Shown: positions 9,424 through 19,791, counted from the first letter of the stretch. The stretch is DNA of 64,000 nt from an uncultured Acidobacteriota bacterium (GCA_963764505.1 CAVXSP010000001.1:3316614-3380613); one strand, 5' to 3'. The notes: generated by a model not told the origin, from the sequence alone. Numbers and translations are program-made.

Positions 9424-10676
9424 GGCTGACTCCGCCCTTCTGACTCGCGGCTTCCGGCTTCCGGCTTCCGGCTTGATCCCTCCTTCAATTCGATCAAGAT
9501 CCCTCCCGTGCTCGATGGATGAAGAAACGCAATCCGGGACCCGTGCGCACCGGGCCGCGGCGCCTCGTCCAGGAGCGTGACGCCGAGCGCCTTCAGCCGC
9601 TCCAGCGCGCGCTCGAGGTCGGGCACGCGAAAGCAGACGTGATGGAGGGCGGTGCCGCGCCTGGCCACGTATTTCGCGACCGGATCGTCGGACGAGAGCG
9701 CCTCGACCAGCTCCAGACGAGTCGGCCCGGTCCCGACGAAGCGCACGCGATAACGGCCGACGACTTCCGGCTCGTCGGCCTCGAGCCCGAACAGATGGCG
9801 CAGCAGCGTCGCGAGTGCCGGCGCGTCACTCGCCGCAATGCCGACATGATCGAGCAGCGGCGGCACGTCTTCGCGGGCGTCGACCGCGGTCACCCTCGCG
9901 GCCCCGCGCGCGCGGCGCCGCCCGGCGACCGCCGATCCCGCGTCGGTCTTGAACTGCTCGATGGCGTCCACGAGCGCCGCGATGCCGGCGCCGGTCGTCG
10001 CGACGGTCCTGAGCACAAGCGGCCGCCAGGCTCCCGGCGCCGGCTCCTGCAGCGACAGCATGCCCTCCAGCACGGCGGCGGCTCGAGTGGCGTCCTCGCG
10101 GTCCGCCTTGTTCACGACGAACAGGTCGCCGGCCTCGAGCACGCCCGCTTTGAGCGCCTGGATCTCATCGCCGCCTCCCGGCGCGACCACGACAACGACC
10201 ACGTCGGCCGCACCGACGACGTCGACCTCGGCCTGCCCGACGCCGACCGTCTCGATGCAGACGAGCTCGAACCCGGCAGCGTCCAGCACGTCCGCCGCAT
10301 CGGCCGTGGCGCGGGCGAGCCCGCCCAGGTGCCCTCGCGTAGCCATGCTCCGGATGAACACGCCCGCATCGGCTGCGTGCGCCTGCATCCTGATCCGATC
10401 GCCGAGCACTGCGCCGCCGGTGAACGGACTGCTCGGATCGACGGCGAGGACCGCGACCCGCGACCCGCGCCGCCGGTACTCCGCGACGAGCCGATCGGCC
10501 AGCGTGCTCTTCCCCGCGCCCGGCGGCCCGGTGAGCCCCACGCGGAGCGCGCGTCCCGTCCGGGCGCGCAGGTGCGCCATGAGATCCGCCGCCCCGGGCT
10601 CGCCGTTCTCGACCATGGACAGGGCGCGGGCAATGGCGCGCGGGTCGCCGGCCAGCACGCGGTCGGCCCCCGTCAT
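9420..10676 (-). CDS. meaB: Fusion protein: MeaB/ArgK-type methylmalonyl-CoA mutase-associated GTPase plus methylmalonyl-CoA epimerase (VOC/glyoxalase) domain
   Basis: N-terminal part: GLTGPPGAGKSTL, AVLAVDPSSPFTGGAVLGDRIRM, VVNKAD (MeaB G-motifs). C-terminal part: LLDHVGIAASD...LHHVCFRVPDLERALERL...IAFLHPSSTGGILIELKE (epimerase-like). ATGA overlap with the upstream ACAD stop. Confidence 0.75.
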   Translation of the reverse strand: MTGADRVLAGDPRAIARALSMVENGEPGAADLMAHLRARTGRALRVGLTGPPGAGKSTLADRLVAEYRRRGSRVAVLAVDPSSPFTGGAVLGDRIRMQAHAADAGVFIRSMATRGHLGGLARATADAADVLDAAGFELVCIETVGVGQAEVDVVGAADVVVVVVAPGGGDEIQALKAGVLEAGDLFVVNKADREDATRAAAVLEGMLSLQEPAPGAWRPLVLRTVATTGAGIAALVDAIEQFKTDAGSAVAGRRRARGAARVTAVDAREDVPPLLDHVGIAASDAPALATLLRHLFGLEADEPEVVGRYRVRFVGTGPTRLELVEALSSDDPVAKYVARRGTALHHVCFRVPDLERALERLKALGVTLLDEAPRPGAHGSRIAFLHPSSTGGILIELKEGSSRKPEAGSRESEGRSQP

Positions 10677-11821
10677 GAGGCGCCGAGCAACTGGCGCGCG
10701 ATCACCAGCCGCTGCACTTCGCTCGTGCCTTCACCGATGGTGCACAGCTTCACGTCGCGGAAGTACTTCTCCGCCGGATAGTCCTTCACGAAACCGTAGC
10801 CGCCGTGAATCTGGACACCCTCGTCCGCGACCTTCACCGCGATCTCGCTCGCATAGAGCTTGGCCATCGAGGCGGCGATCGCGCGTCCGTCACGGCGCTC
10901 GTCCTGCATCCACGCGGCCCGGCAGGTCAGCAGGCGCGCGGCCTGGATGCGCGTCGCCATATCCGCGAGCTTCCATTGAATCGCCTGGAACCCGGCAATC
11001 GGGTGCCCGAACTGGTGGCGTTCCAGGGCATACCGCCGGGCGGCCTCGAAGGCCCCCTGCGCGAGGCCGACCGACAGGGCCGCGATGCCGACGCGGCCGG
11101 CGTCCAGCACCTGGAGCGCCGCCGTGAAGCCCTCTCCCTCGATCCCCACGAGCGCGTCGCTCGGCACGCGGCACGCCTCGAAGATCACTTCGCTCGTATC
11201 GCTCGCGCGCATGCCGAGCTTGTCTTCCTTGCGTCCTGCGCTGAACCCCGCCGTGCCGCGCTGCACGACGAACGCAGAGATCCCATGGTGGCGCCGCGCC
11301 GGGTCGGTGACCGCCAGCACGATCATCGTGCCGCCGATGCGGCCGTGCGTCGTGAACTGCTTCGAGCCCGAGATGACCCACTCCGCGCCGTCGCGGAGGG
11401 CGGTCGTCCGGATGGCGGCGGCGTCGCTGCCCGCGCCCGCCTCGGTGAGGCCCCATGCGCCGAGGGTCTCGCCCCGTGCCAGCGGCGTGAGATACCGGCG
11501 CTTCTGCGCCTCGCTGCCGAACATCTCCAGATGCGCCACGCACAGTCCGTTGTGGGCCGCCACCGACAGCGCGATCGACGGATCCACGCGGGCCAGCTCC
11601 TCGATGCAGATGCAGTAGTCCACGGCCGTGAGCGCCGAGCCGCCGTACGCGTCCGCGACCTGCACGCCGAGCAGTCCGAGTCCGGCCATCTCCGGCAGCA
11701 GCTCGAGCGGAAACGCCTGCGCCTCGTCCCACTCCCTGACGTGCGGGCGCAGGCGCGTCTCCGCGAACTCGCGCACCGTGCGGCGAAGGAGATCCTGCTC
11801 CCCCGTCGGGCGCAGATCCAT
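10673..11821 (-). CDS. Acyl-CoA dehydrogenase
   Basis: 382 aa. ...GAWGLTEAGAGSDAAA...QFGHPIAGFQAIQWKLADMA...IHGGYGFVKDYPAEKYFRDVKLCTIGEGTSEVQ. Confidence 0.9.
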   Translation of the reverse strand: MDLRPTGEQDLLRRTVREFAETRLRPHVREWDEAQAFPLELLPEMAGLGLLGVQVADAYGGSALTAVDYCICIEELARVDPSIALSVAAHNGLCVAHLEMFGSEAQKRRYLTPLARGETLGAWGLTEAGAGSDAAAIRTTALRDGAEWVISGSKQFTTHGRIGGTMIVLAVTDPARRHHGISAFVVQRGTAGFSAGRKEDKLGMRASDTSEVIFEACRVPSDALVGIEGEGFTAALQVLDAGRVGIAALSVGLAQGAFEAARRYALERHQFGHPIAGFQAIQWKLADMATRIQAARLLTCRAAWMQDERRDGRAIAASMAKLYASEIAVKVADEGVQIHGGYGFVKDYPAEKYFRDVKLCTIGEGTSEVQRLVIARQLLGAS

Positions 11822-11899
11822 CTCAGGACTGTAGCATTGCAGACGCGTTCACCGGCCTCGCCGGCCCGCGGCAGCGCCGGTTCTGCTTATACTGGCGGC

Positions 11900-12379
11900 A
11901 TGAAGCGGTATGGAGTCGTTGCCCTGCTCGCACTCGGACTGCTGACGATCCGGCCAGCACCGGCCGCCGCCGATCTCACGGCGTTCTGGGGCACCGCCAG
12001 GTCGCCGTCGAGCCGATCGACCCGCGGCATTGCCATCGGCGTAGGACTGGTCATCGTGGGCTTCGAGTTCGAGTACGCCAAGACGGCCGAGGACGAGCGG
12101 CAGGCCGCCCCGGCACTGACGACCGGCATGGGCAACGTGGTGCTCATGACGCCCGGCTCCGGCCTCCAGCTGTACCTGACGACGGGCGCCGGGGTCTACC
12201 GCGAGAATCTGCGCGAGTTCACGAACACGAGCTTCGGCACGAACGTAGGCGGAGGGGCGAAGATCTCCCTGATGGGGCCGATCCGGCTCAGGCTCGACTA
12301 CCGCGTGCTGAAGCTGAACGGCACGCCGATCGTGGACCGCGTCCACCGGTTCTACGCCGGCCTGAACGTGGCGTTCTGA
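11900..12379 (+). CDS. Small outer-membrane beta-barrel (OmpA-barrel/OmpW-like) protein
   Basis: ATG 11900 inside ORF 10805..12379. Signal peptide MKRYGVVALLALGLLTIRPAPAAA, alternating beta-strand pattern, C-terminal ...FYAGLNVAF. Confidence 0.65.
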   Translation: MKRYGVVALLALGLLTIRPAPAAADLTAFWGTARSPSSRSTRGIAIGVGLVIVGFEFEYAKTAEDERQAAPALTTGMGNVVLMTPGSGLQLYLTTGAGVYRENLREFTNTSFGTNVGGGAKISLMGPIRLRLDYRVLKLNGTPIVDRVHRFYAGLNVAF

Positions 12380-12387
12380 ACGCGCCG

Positions 12388-12918
12388 CTACTCGGCGCCC
12401 AGCTTGAGCACCGTGTCGAGGCCGAGCTTGTTGATGCTGACGAGCGCATCCTTCAGCTTCGGATAGAGCGTCGGCACCTCGGCCGGCATCGCCGTCGTCA
12501 GAATCTTCACGGGATCGTAGTCCGCGCCCTTGACGATCGGATCCATCACGCTCGCGTACAGCACCTGGCCCGCCTGTCCGAGGTCGGCGACCTTGAACAA
12601 GGTCCAGCCGGCCGCCATCGACTTGTACTCCGGCTTCTTGCTCTGCCCGAGCGCCTGCTTGACCTTCGCGAAGAAGGCTTCGAAGTCGGCGGCGCCCTCC
12701 GCCTTGACGGTGAAGATGACGACGGCGGCATCCGAGGCGAAGACGAGCGCGGGGGCGGCGGGCGCCTGGCCTCCCGGGGCCGCCGGCGCGGGAGCCGCCG
12801 GCGCGGGAGCCTGGCCCGCTGGAGCCGGCGGCGGTGCGGCGGGCTGCTGAGCCGCCGCGGAGCCGACCGCGACCGCGAGCAGGCCCGCGCTGAACAGCAG
12901 AGAGCGGCACTCGACCAT
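12388..12918 (-). CDS. Secreted hypothetical protein, paralog A (signal peptide, Pro/Ala linker, ~130-aa domain)
   Basis: Start MVECRSLLFSAGLLAVAVGSAAA preceded by GGAAGGA 7 nt upstream. Domain ...VVIFTVKAEGAADFEAFFAKVKQAL...YDPVKIL... resembles the neighbour at 13050..13637. Confidence 0.6.
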   Translation of the reverse strand: MVECRSLLFSAGLLAVAVGSAAAQQPAAPPPAPAGQAPAPAAPAPAAPGGQAPAAPALVFASDAAVVIFTVKAEGAADFEAFFAKVKQALGQSKKPEYKSMAAGWTLFKVADLGQAGQVLYASVMDPIVKGADYDPVKILTTAMPAEVPTLYPKLKDALVSINKLGLDTVLKLGAE

Positions 12919-12980
12919 ATGCAGGTCCTTCCAGGCCGGCGCACCGGCCGACCCGTCGCGGGCGGGATCCGGGGGCGGCG

Positions 12981-13025
12981 AGACAAACAGAAACGGGACG
13001 GTCCGCCCGCGCGGACGCGTCCCGT
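12981..13025 (-). terminator. Intrinsic-terminator-like hairpin plus T-tract downstream of paralog B
   Basis: Minus strand: ACGGGACgcGTCCGCgcggGCGGACcGTCCCGT followed by ttctgtttgtctc. Confidence 0.5.
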
Positions 13026-13049
13026 CGACGCGCACGCAGCCGAAAACGG

Positions 13050-13637
13050 CTACATGCCCATCCCCATGCCACCCCCGCCCACCTTCTGGAGCGGAATGGT
13101 GTTGATGCCGTCCAGCGAGTTCAGGATCTTGTTATACAGAGCGTCCGCGGCCGGCCGCTCCCAGGCCGATCCCGTCGCGTAGAGGATCTTGGACGGATCG
13201 TAGCTCAGCGTTTTCGACGCCGGATTGAGCTCGAAGACATAGATGACCGACTGTCCGGTGGCCGGCGACTTGTAGATCTGCATGCTGTCGCCCAGCTCCT
13301 TCCAGTCCGGCTTGTCGCTCGCGCTCAGCTTGGTCTTGATCTCGGTCCAGGCGCTCTCGAAGTCCGCCGTCTTGTCCGGCTTGACCTGGAAGATGATCAC
13401 GCCGGCATCCGTCTTGAACTTGAGCTGGTCCTCCGCGGGCGCCTGCCCCGCGGGCGGTTGCTGCCCCGCGGGGGCGGGCGGCTGCTGCCCCGCAGGCGCC
13501 TGCCCGGCCGGCGCCTGTCCCGCTTCCTGCCCTGCGGCCAGGACGGCCCGCCCGCCCGACGCGCCGTACAGCAGGGCCGTCACTGCTACTCCGAACAATG
13601 CTCGACGTGTCGATATCGACAGGGAGCCCGAACGCAT
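13050..13637 (-). CDS. Secreted hypothetical protein, paralog B (signal peptide, Gln/Pro/Ala repeat linker, ~130-aa domain, GGGGMGMGM tail)
   Basis: Start MRSGSLSISTRRALFGVAVTALL with GAGGAGG 6 nt upstream. (AGQAP/AGQQPP) repeats. Domain ...VIIFQVKPDKTADFESAWTEIKTKL...YDPSKILY... . Confidence 0.6.
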   Translation of the reverse strand: MRSGSLSISTRRALFGVAVTALLYGASGGRAVLAAGQEAGQAPAGQAPAGQQPPAPAGQQPPAGQAPAEDQLKFKTDAGVIIFQVKPDKTADFESAWTEIKTKLSASDKPDWKELGDSMQIYKSPATGQSVIYVFELNPASKTLSYDPSKILYATGSAWERPAADALYNKILNSLDGINTIPLQKVGGGGMGMGM

Positions 13638-13774
13638 ACCCATCCTCCTCGTGCCCGTGGGCATGGCGCCCCGGGGTTGCCCAACCGCGCCCTGCGCGTC
13701 AGGGGTGAAAACGAGCCACTTACTTTACCGTACCGACGGGTTCAAACAAGAGCTTCGTCGGCTGGCAGGCAACT

Positions 13775-14903
13775 CTACAAGAACGTGGCCAAGATTTCGT
13801 TCGCCACGAGCATGCCGCCCCGCGTCAGGCCGAAGCGGTCTGCATCGTTCCACAACAACCCGGCCTCGGCAAATCGACGCAGATCGTCCTCGTGACGACG
13901 CCATGGGTCCGTGCCGTAGGCGGCCTCGATTTCCGTCCGGCTGATGCCCGCCGACAGGCGGAGGCCCGTGAACAGCCGCTCTTCCAGACGCTGCTCCGGC
14001 GTCAGCGCGTGCTGCTCGATCCGAGGCGACAGGCCATCCGACACGCGGCTGACGTAGTCCTCGGTCGAGGAGACATTCTTCCACCGGATGCCATCGACGG
14101 TCGAGTGCGCGCCGCACCCGAAGCCATGCCAGCTGCCTCCCTGCCAGTACTTGAGGTTGTGCCGGCTGCAGTGTCCTGGCCGGGCGACATTGGAAATCTC
14201 GGTACTGGGCGAACCCTGCGACATCGAGCCGCTCCAGCGCGAGCAGGTACATGTCCGCCGCGAGGTCATCGGCCGCCTGCGGGTCGGTCGCGCCGCGCGC
14301 GAGCGCCTCTTTGAGCGGGGCGTTGGGGTACAGCTCCAGCAGATACATGGACAGGTGATCCGGCGCCAGATCGATCGCCTGGTCGACCGTCGCCAACCAG
14401 GACGCCACCGACTGGCCGGGCAGCCAGAACATCAGGTCGAGGCTGACGCCGTCGAACCCGGCCGCCTTCGCCTCGCGAACCGCGGCCGCGGCGCGCGCGG
14501 CCGTATGCACCCGTCCGAGGCGCGCGAGCTCGGCGTCGTCGAAGGACTGCACGCCGACGCTGAGGCGCGTCACGCCAGCGCGACGGAAGCCGTCCAGCCG
14601 CTCGCCCGTCAGCGTCTCCGGATTGGCCTCGAGCGTGACCTCCGCCGCGTGGTCCAGCGCGCAGGACTGTGCGCACGCCCCGACGAGGCGGGCCACATCA
14701 CCGGGCTCGAGCAGCGACGGCGTGCCGCCGCCGAAGAAGAGGCTGTCGGCCTCGACGCCGGCCGGCAGGCCGGCGCGAATCTCCCGCTCGAGAGCCTCGA
14801 CGTAGCGTCGTTTGAGACCCGGATCCAGCAGGCCGCGGTTGAAATTGCAGTACGCACAAATCGCCTGGCAGAACGGAATGTGCAGGTAGAGCCCGGATGG
14901 CAC
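13775..14903 (-). pseudogene. hemW: HemW/HemN-like radical SAM protein (heme chaperone family), frame broken by a 1-nt insertion (possibly an assembly artefact)
   Basis: N-terminal part in ORF 13725..14933 (LYLHIPFCQAICAYCNF CxxxCxxC, GGGTPS). C-terminal part in ORF 13775..14269 (EISNVARPGHCSRHNLKYWQGG). The junction reads CAGTAC-C-GAGATTTCC, and removing one C (plus 14201/14202) gives ...AGFAQYEISNVARPGH... . Start taken at GTG 14903. Confidence 0.8.
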
Positions 14904-15799
14904 TAGCTTCGCCCCGCTTTGCCTCCGGGCCACTTGAGCTCCCGCGGATCGCGGCGCTCGCGCAGCTCTTTCAGGATCCTCGATTCAGAGTCGCGCTGCA
15001 GGGCGGACTCGGGGAGCTGCGCGCGGACAACGCCGCGCGCCCGGGCGGGAAGCGACCGGCGATTCGTCGTGCGCTTCCACAACGTCGCGAGGTCGTCGGG
15101 CCCGCCGTTGGGGGGAAGATGGCGGTAGTCCGCGCCGTCGTACTCGAGGAACTCGCACATCTCCTTCAGCCGGGAGTGGACGCGAAACCCCACGCGCGCC
15201 TTGAGCGTGTCCGGGTCGGCATCGTCCGGCAGGTCCTCGTAGTTGGTCGTGAAGATCGTCGGCCGCCGCTCGTTGTAGCGGGTGTTGACGATCAAGTTCA
15301 TCGTCTCCTCCACCCAGTCGGTCGTCCGTTCGGCGCCAAGGTCGTCGAGCACGAGCAGTTCGGCCTCGACCACGGGGCGCAGCACGTCCATCTCGGCCGT
15401 CCTGACGACGGGGTTGTACGTCGAACGGATGACGCGCAGCAGGTCGCGAACGTCGTAGAAGAGCCCGTGCGCGCCCGTGGCGACGATCACGTTGCGCAGG
15501 ACGGCGACCGCGATGTGCGTCTTGCCGATACCGGGAGGTCCGATGAGACAGAGGCCCTTCTCGACGGCCGGGAAGGACGCCGCGAACTGCCTGGCACGGG
15601 CGATCGTGCTGACCAGCCGCTCGTTCGCGTAGAGGACGAAGTTGTCGAGGTCGCAGCGCGCGTATCGCGGCGGGATACGCGCCTCGGCCAGGAGCCGCGC
15701 GGAGACGGTCTCGCGCCAGCAGTCGCACCGCTCGACGCGCCGAACGCCGTCGCGCTCGATCGGCCGCCACCCCGTGTCATCGCAACGCGGGCATTCCAT
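14903..15799 (-). CDS. DnaC/IstB-like AAA+ ATPase with N-terminal Cys-rich (zinc-ribbon-like) segment
   Basis: 298 aa. MECPRCDDTGW...CDCW, Walker A LIGPPGIGKTH, Walker B LLVLDDLG. Confidence 0.7.
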   Translation of the reverse strand: MECPRCDDTGWRPIERDGVRRVERCDCWRETVSARLLAEARIPPRYARCDLDNFVLYANERLVSTIARARQFAASFPAVEKGLCLIGPPGIGKTHIAVAVLRNVIVATGAHGLFYDVRDLLRVIRSTYNPVVRTAEMDVLRPVVEAELLVLDDLGAERTTDWVEETMNLIVNTRYNERRPTIFTTNYEDLPDDADPDTLKARVGFRVHSRLKEMCEFLEYDGADYRHLPPNGGPDDLATLWKRTTNRRSLPARARGVVRAQLPESALQRDSESRILKELRERRDPRELKWPGGKAGRS

Positions 15800-15912
15800 G
15801 GACCGGGTTCAGGATAACACTTCGCTTCGAAGATGCCGGAGCGAAGTCGGCAGGACCTGGCGTATTCTAGCGGCGAGACACAACTTCATTCCGTCTCAGG
15901 AGGTTCTCATCC

Positions 15913-16266
15913 ATGAATGCGATCAAAACCACGCTCGCCCTCGCAGTGACCTTCGGGCTCGCCGCCACGCTCGCCGCCGCGCCGCAGTCGAAGGCGGCCC
16001 CCTCGACCAAGGCGCAGGCGCCCGCTGCGCAGAAGGCGCCCAAGGCCGACGCGGGGATGCTCAAGAAGGAAGACCTGCCGCAGGCAGTTCAGGACGCGGT
16101 CATGAAGGCGCATCCGAACGGCACGATCGTCTCGGCGACGAAGGCGATGCGCGGCGGCGCGACGGTCTACGCCGTTCACGTGACCGACTCGGGCAAGCGC
16201 TCGACGATGAGCGTGAAGGAAGACGGCACGATGGCGGCCGCTCCCAAGAAGGGCAAGAGCAAGTAG
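15913..16266 (+). CDS. Small secreted protein (PepSY-like, tentative)
   Basis: 117 aa. AGGAGG 7 nt upstream of the ATG. Signal peptide MNAIKTTLALAVTFGLAATLAAAP, Ala/Pro/Lys linker, ~60-aa C-terminal domain. Confidence 0.6.
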   Translation: MNAIKTTLALAVTFGLAATLAAAPQSKAAPSTKAQAPAAQKAPKADAGMLKKEDLPQAVQDAVMKAHPNGTIVSATKAMRGGATVYAVHVTDSGKRSTMSVKEDGTMAAAPKKGKSK

Positions 16267-16279
16267 GTCCGGAAGGCCG

Positions 16280-16308
16280 CGGGGTCTCCGCGACCGGCGG
16301 AGACCCCG
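16280..16308. terminator. GC-rich hairpin between convergent genes (possible bidirectional terminator)
   Basis: CGGGGTCTCCG-cgaccgg-CGGAGACCCCG, a perfect 11-bp stem. No clear U-tract. Confidence 0.4.
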
Positions 16309-16315
16309 GGGCTGC

Positions 16316-16768
16316 TCAGGGTTGATCGGAGCTCTGCGGCGCGTCGTGCCGGAGGCGGGCGAGCTCGGACGGCCCGGACGGCACGAGCGCGGTCGTGAGC
16401 CGTTGCTCCCAGTCGCCGAGCCCCCGCGCGAGCTCGTGCTTGACGTAGGCCATGAACTCGTTGACTTCGTGCTGCATCCGTTCCATCTTCCGGCGCATGT
16501 TGAGGATGATCTCGACCCCCGCCAGATTCACGCCGAGATCCCGAGTGAGCGCCAGGATGGTTTCCAGCTCGGCGAGATCCTCGTCGGAATAGAGCCGCGT
16601 GTTGCCCTCGGTGCGGGACGGCTTGAGCAGTCCCTCCCGTTCGTACAGCCGCAGCGTCTGCGGGTGAATGTTGTACCTCGCGGCGACCGCGCTGATCATG
16701 TAGTACCCGCGGCCCGTGCCGCTCGTGCGTTTGGCTGCCACGGCGTGCTCCTCGTTCCCACTCTCCAC
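16316..16768 (-). CDS. hspR: MerR-family heat-shock repressor HspR
   Basis: 150 aa. YYMISAVAARYNIHPQTLRLYEREGLLKPSRTEGNTRLYSDEDL (MerR HTH). Last gene of dnaK-dnaJ-hspR. GTG start. Confidence 0.8.
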   Translation of the reverse strand: MESGNEEHAVAAKRTSGTGRGYYMISAVAARYNIHPQTLRLYEREGLLKPSRTEGNTRLYSDEDLAELETILALTRDLGVNLAGVEIILNMRRKMERMQHEVNEFMAYVKHELARGLGDWEQRLTTALVPSGPSELARLRHDAPQSSDQP

Positions 16769-16772
16769 GAAA

Positions 16773-17873
16773 TCAGGCGTCGAACAGGTCCTTCCTCACA
16801 TCGATCTCGTTCAGCCGGCCGAACTCCCGCAACAGCGCCTTCGACTGCTCGTCGCGGACCGGCGGCAGGACGATCCGGATCTCAATCAGCAGGTCGCCCG
16901 CGCGGCGGGAATCGCCGTTGACGCCCGGCACGCCGCGGCCGCGCAGACGGAACTGCTGACCGGACGCGGTGCCAGGCGGGATCCGCAGCCTGGCCGGACC
17001 CTCGAGTGTCGGGACGTCGATGCGCGCGCCGAGCGCCGCTTCGTGCACGGCGACCGGCAGCGTCAGCAGCAGGTCGCGCCCGAACCGCCTGAAGAGGCGA
17101 TGGGGCGCCACGTCGACCGTGACGTGCAGATCGCCGGCCGCGCCCCCGCGCACGGCGTGGCCGGCGCCGGGCACGACCAGACGCGCGCCGGACTCGACGC
17201 CCGCCGGGATCGGCACGAGCACCGTCTCGCTCCGCGGCTGCACGCCAGCGCCGCCACACCGGCGGCACAGCTCGCTCGACAGGTGGCCGCGGCCGTCGCA
17301 CCGCTCGCACGGTCTGGTGAAGACCATATGGCCGCGGGCCGACTGCCGCGATCCCGCGCCGCCGCAGTCCGGGCACGGCTTGGGCGCGACGCCCAGCCAC
17401 CCGTGCCCCTGACACGCCGCACACGACTCATGCCGTACCACCAGGACCGGGAAGGTCCCCCCGCGCATGGCGTCCTCGAACGGCACGCGCAGCGGCACAT
17501 CGAGCGGCAGTCCTCGCTCTGGTGGTGACGTCGCCCGGCGCGCCGCGTCCTGGAACACGCCGGCGAACAGCTCCGAGAACGTCGCCGCGCTCGCGCCTTC
17601 GGCGGCGGCGGAGAAGTCGAACCCGGCGAACGACACGTGCGCGACGCCGACCGCCGGCACGGCCGGCAACGTCCCGGTGCGATCGTAGGCCAGCCGCCGG
17701 TCCCGGTTGCCGAGCACCCGATACGCCGCCTCGACCTGACGGAACCGCTCTTCGGCCTGGCGATCGCCCGGGTTCAGCCCCGGGTGAAAGCGCCGAACCA
17801 GCCGCCGGTAGGCCCGCTCGATCTCCTCCGTCGACGCCGAGCGCGGGATCCCGAGCACGAGATAGAGATCCAT
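16773..17873 (-). CDS. dnaJ: DnaJ-class co-chaperone (J domain, 4x CxxCxGxG zinc finger, C-terminal domains); J-domain tripeptide is HPG, not HPD
   Basis: 366 aa. DLYLVLGIPRSASTEEIERAYRRLVRRFHPGLNPGD. CAACQGHG, CPDCGGAG, CERCDGRG, CRRCGGAG. Confidence 0.85.
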   Translation of the reverse strand: MDLYLVLGIPRSASTEEIERAYRRLVRRFHPGLNPGDRQAEERFRQVEAAYRVLGNRDRRLAYDRTGTLPAVPAVGVAHVSFAGFDFSAAAEGASAATFSELFAGVFQDAARRATSPPERGLPLDVPLRVPFEDAMRGGTFPVLVVRHESCAACQGHGWLGVAPKPCPDCGGAGSRQSARGHMVFTRPCERCDGRGHLSSELCRRCGGAGVQPRSETVLVPIPAGVESGARLVVPGAGHAVRGGAAGDLHVTVDVAPHRLFRRFGRDLLLTLPVAVHEAALGARIDVPTLEGPARLRIPPGTASGQQFRLRGRGVPGVNGDSRRAGDLLIEIRIVLPPVRDEQSKALLREFGRLNEIDVRKDLFDA

Positions 17874-17877
17874 GGCG

Positions 17878-19791
<1,914 letters not shown>

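Noticed and set aside
14903-15799. The IstB-like ATPase as a sign of an IS21-family element.
   Set aside because: There is no adjacent IstA transposase ORF and no terminal inverted repeats. The gene is tightly packed (1-nt overlap) with hemW. A DnaC-like chromosomal helicase loader or AAA+ protein is the safer reading.
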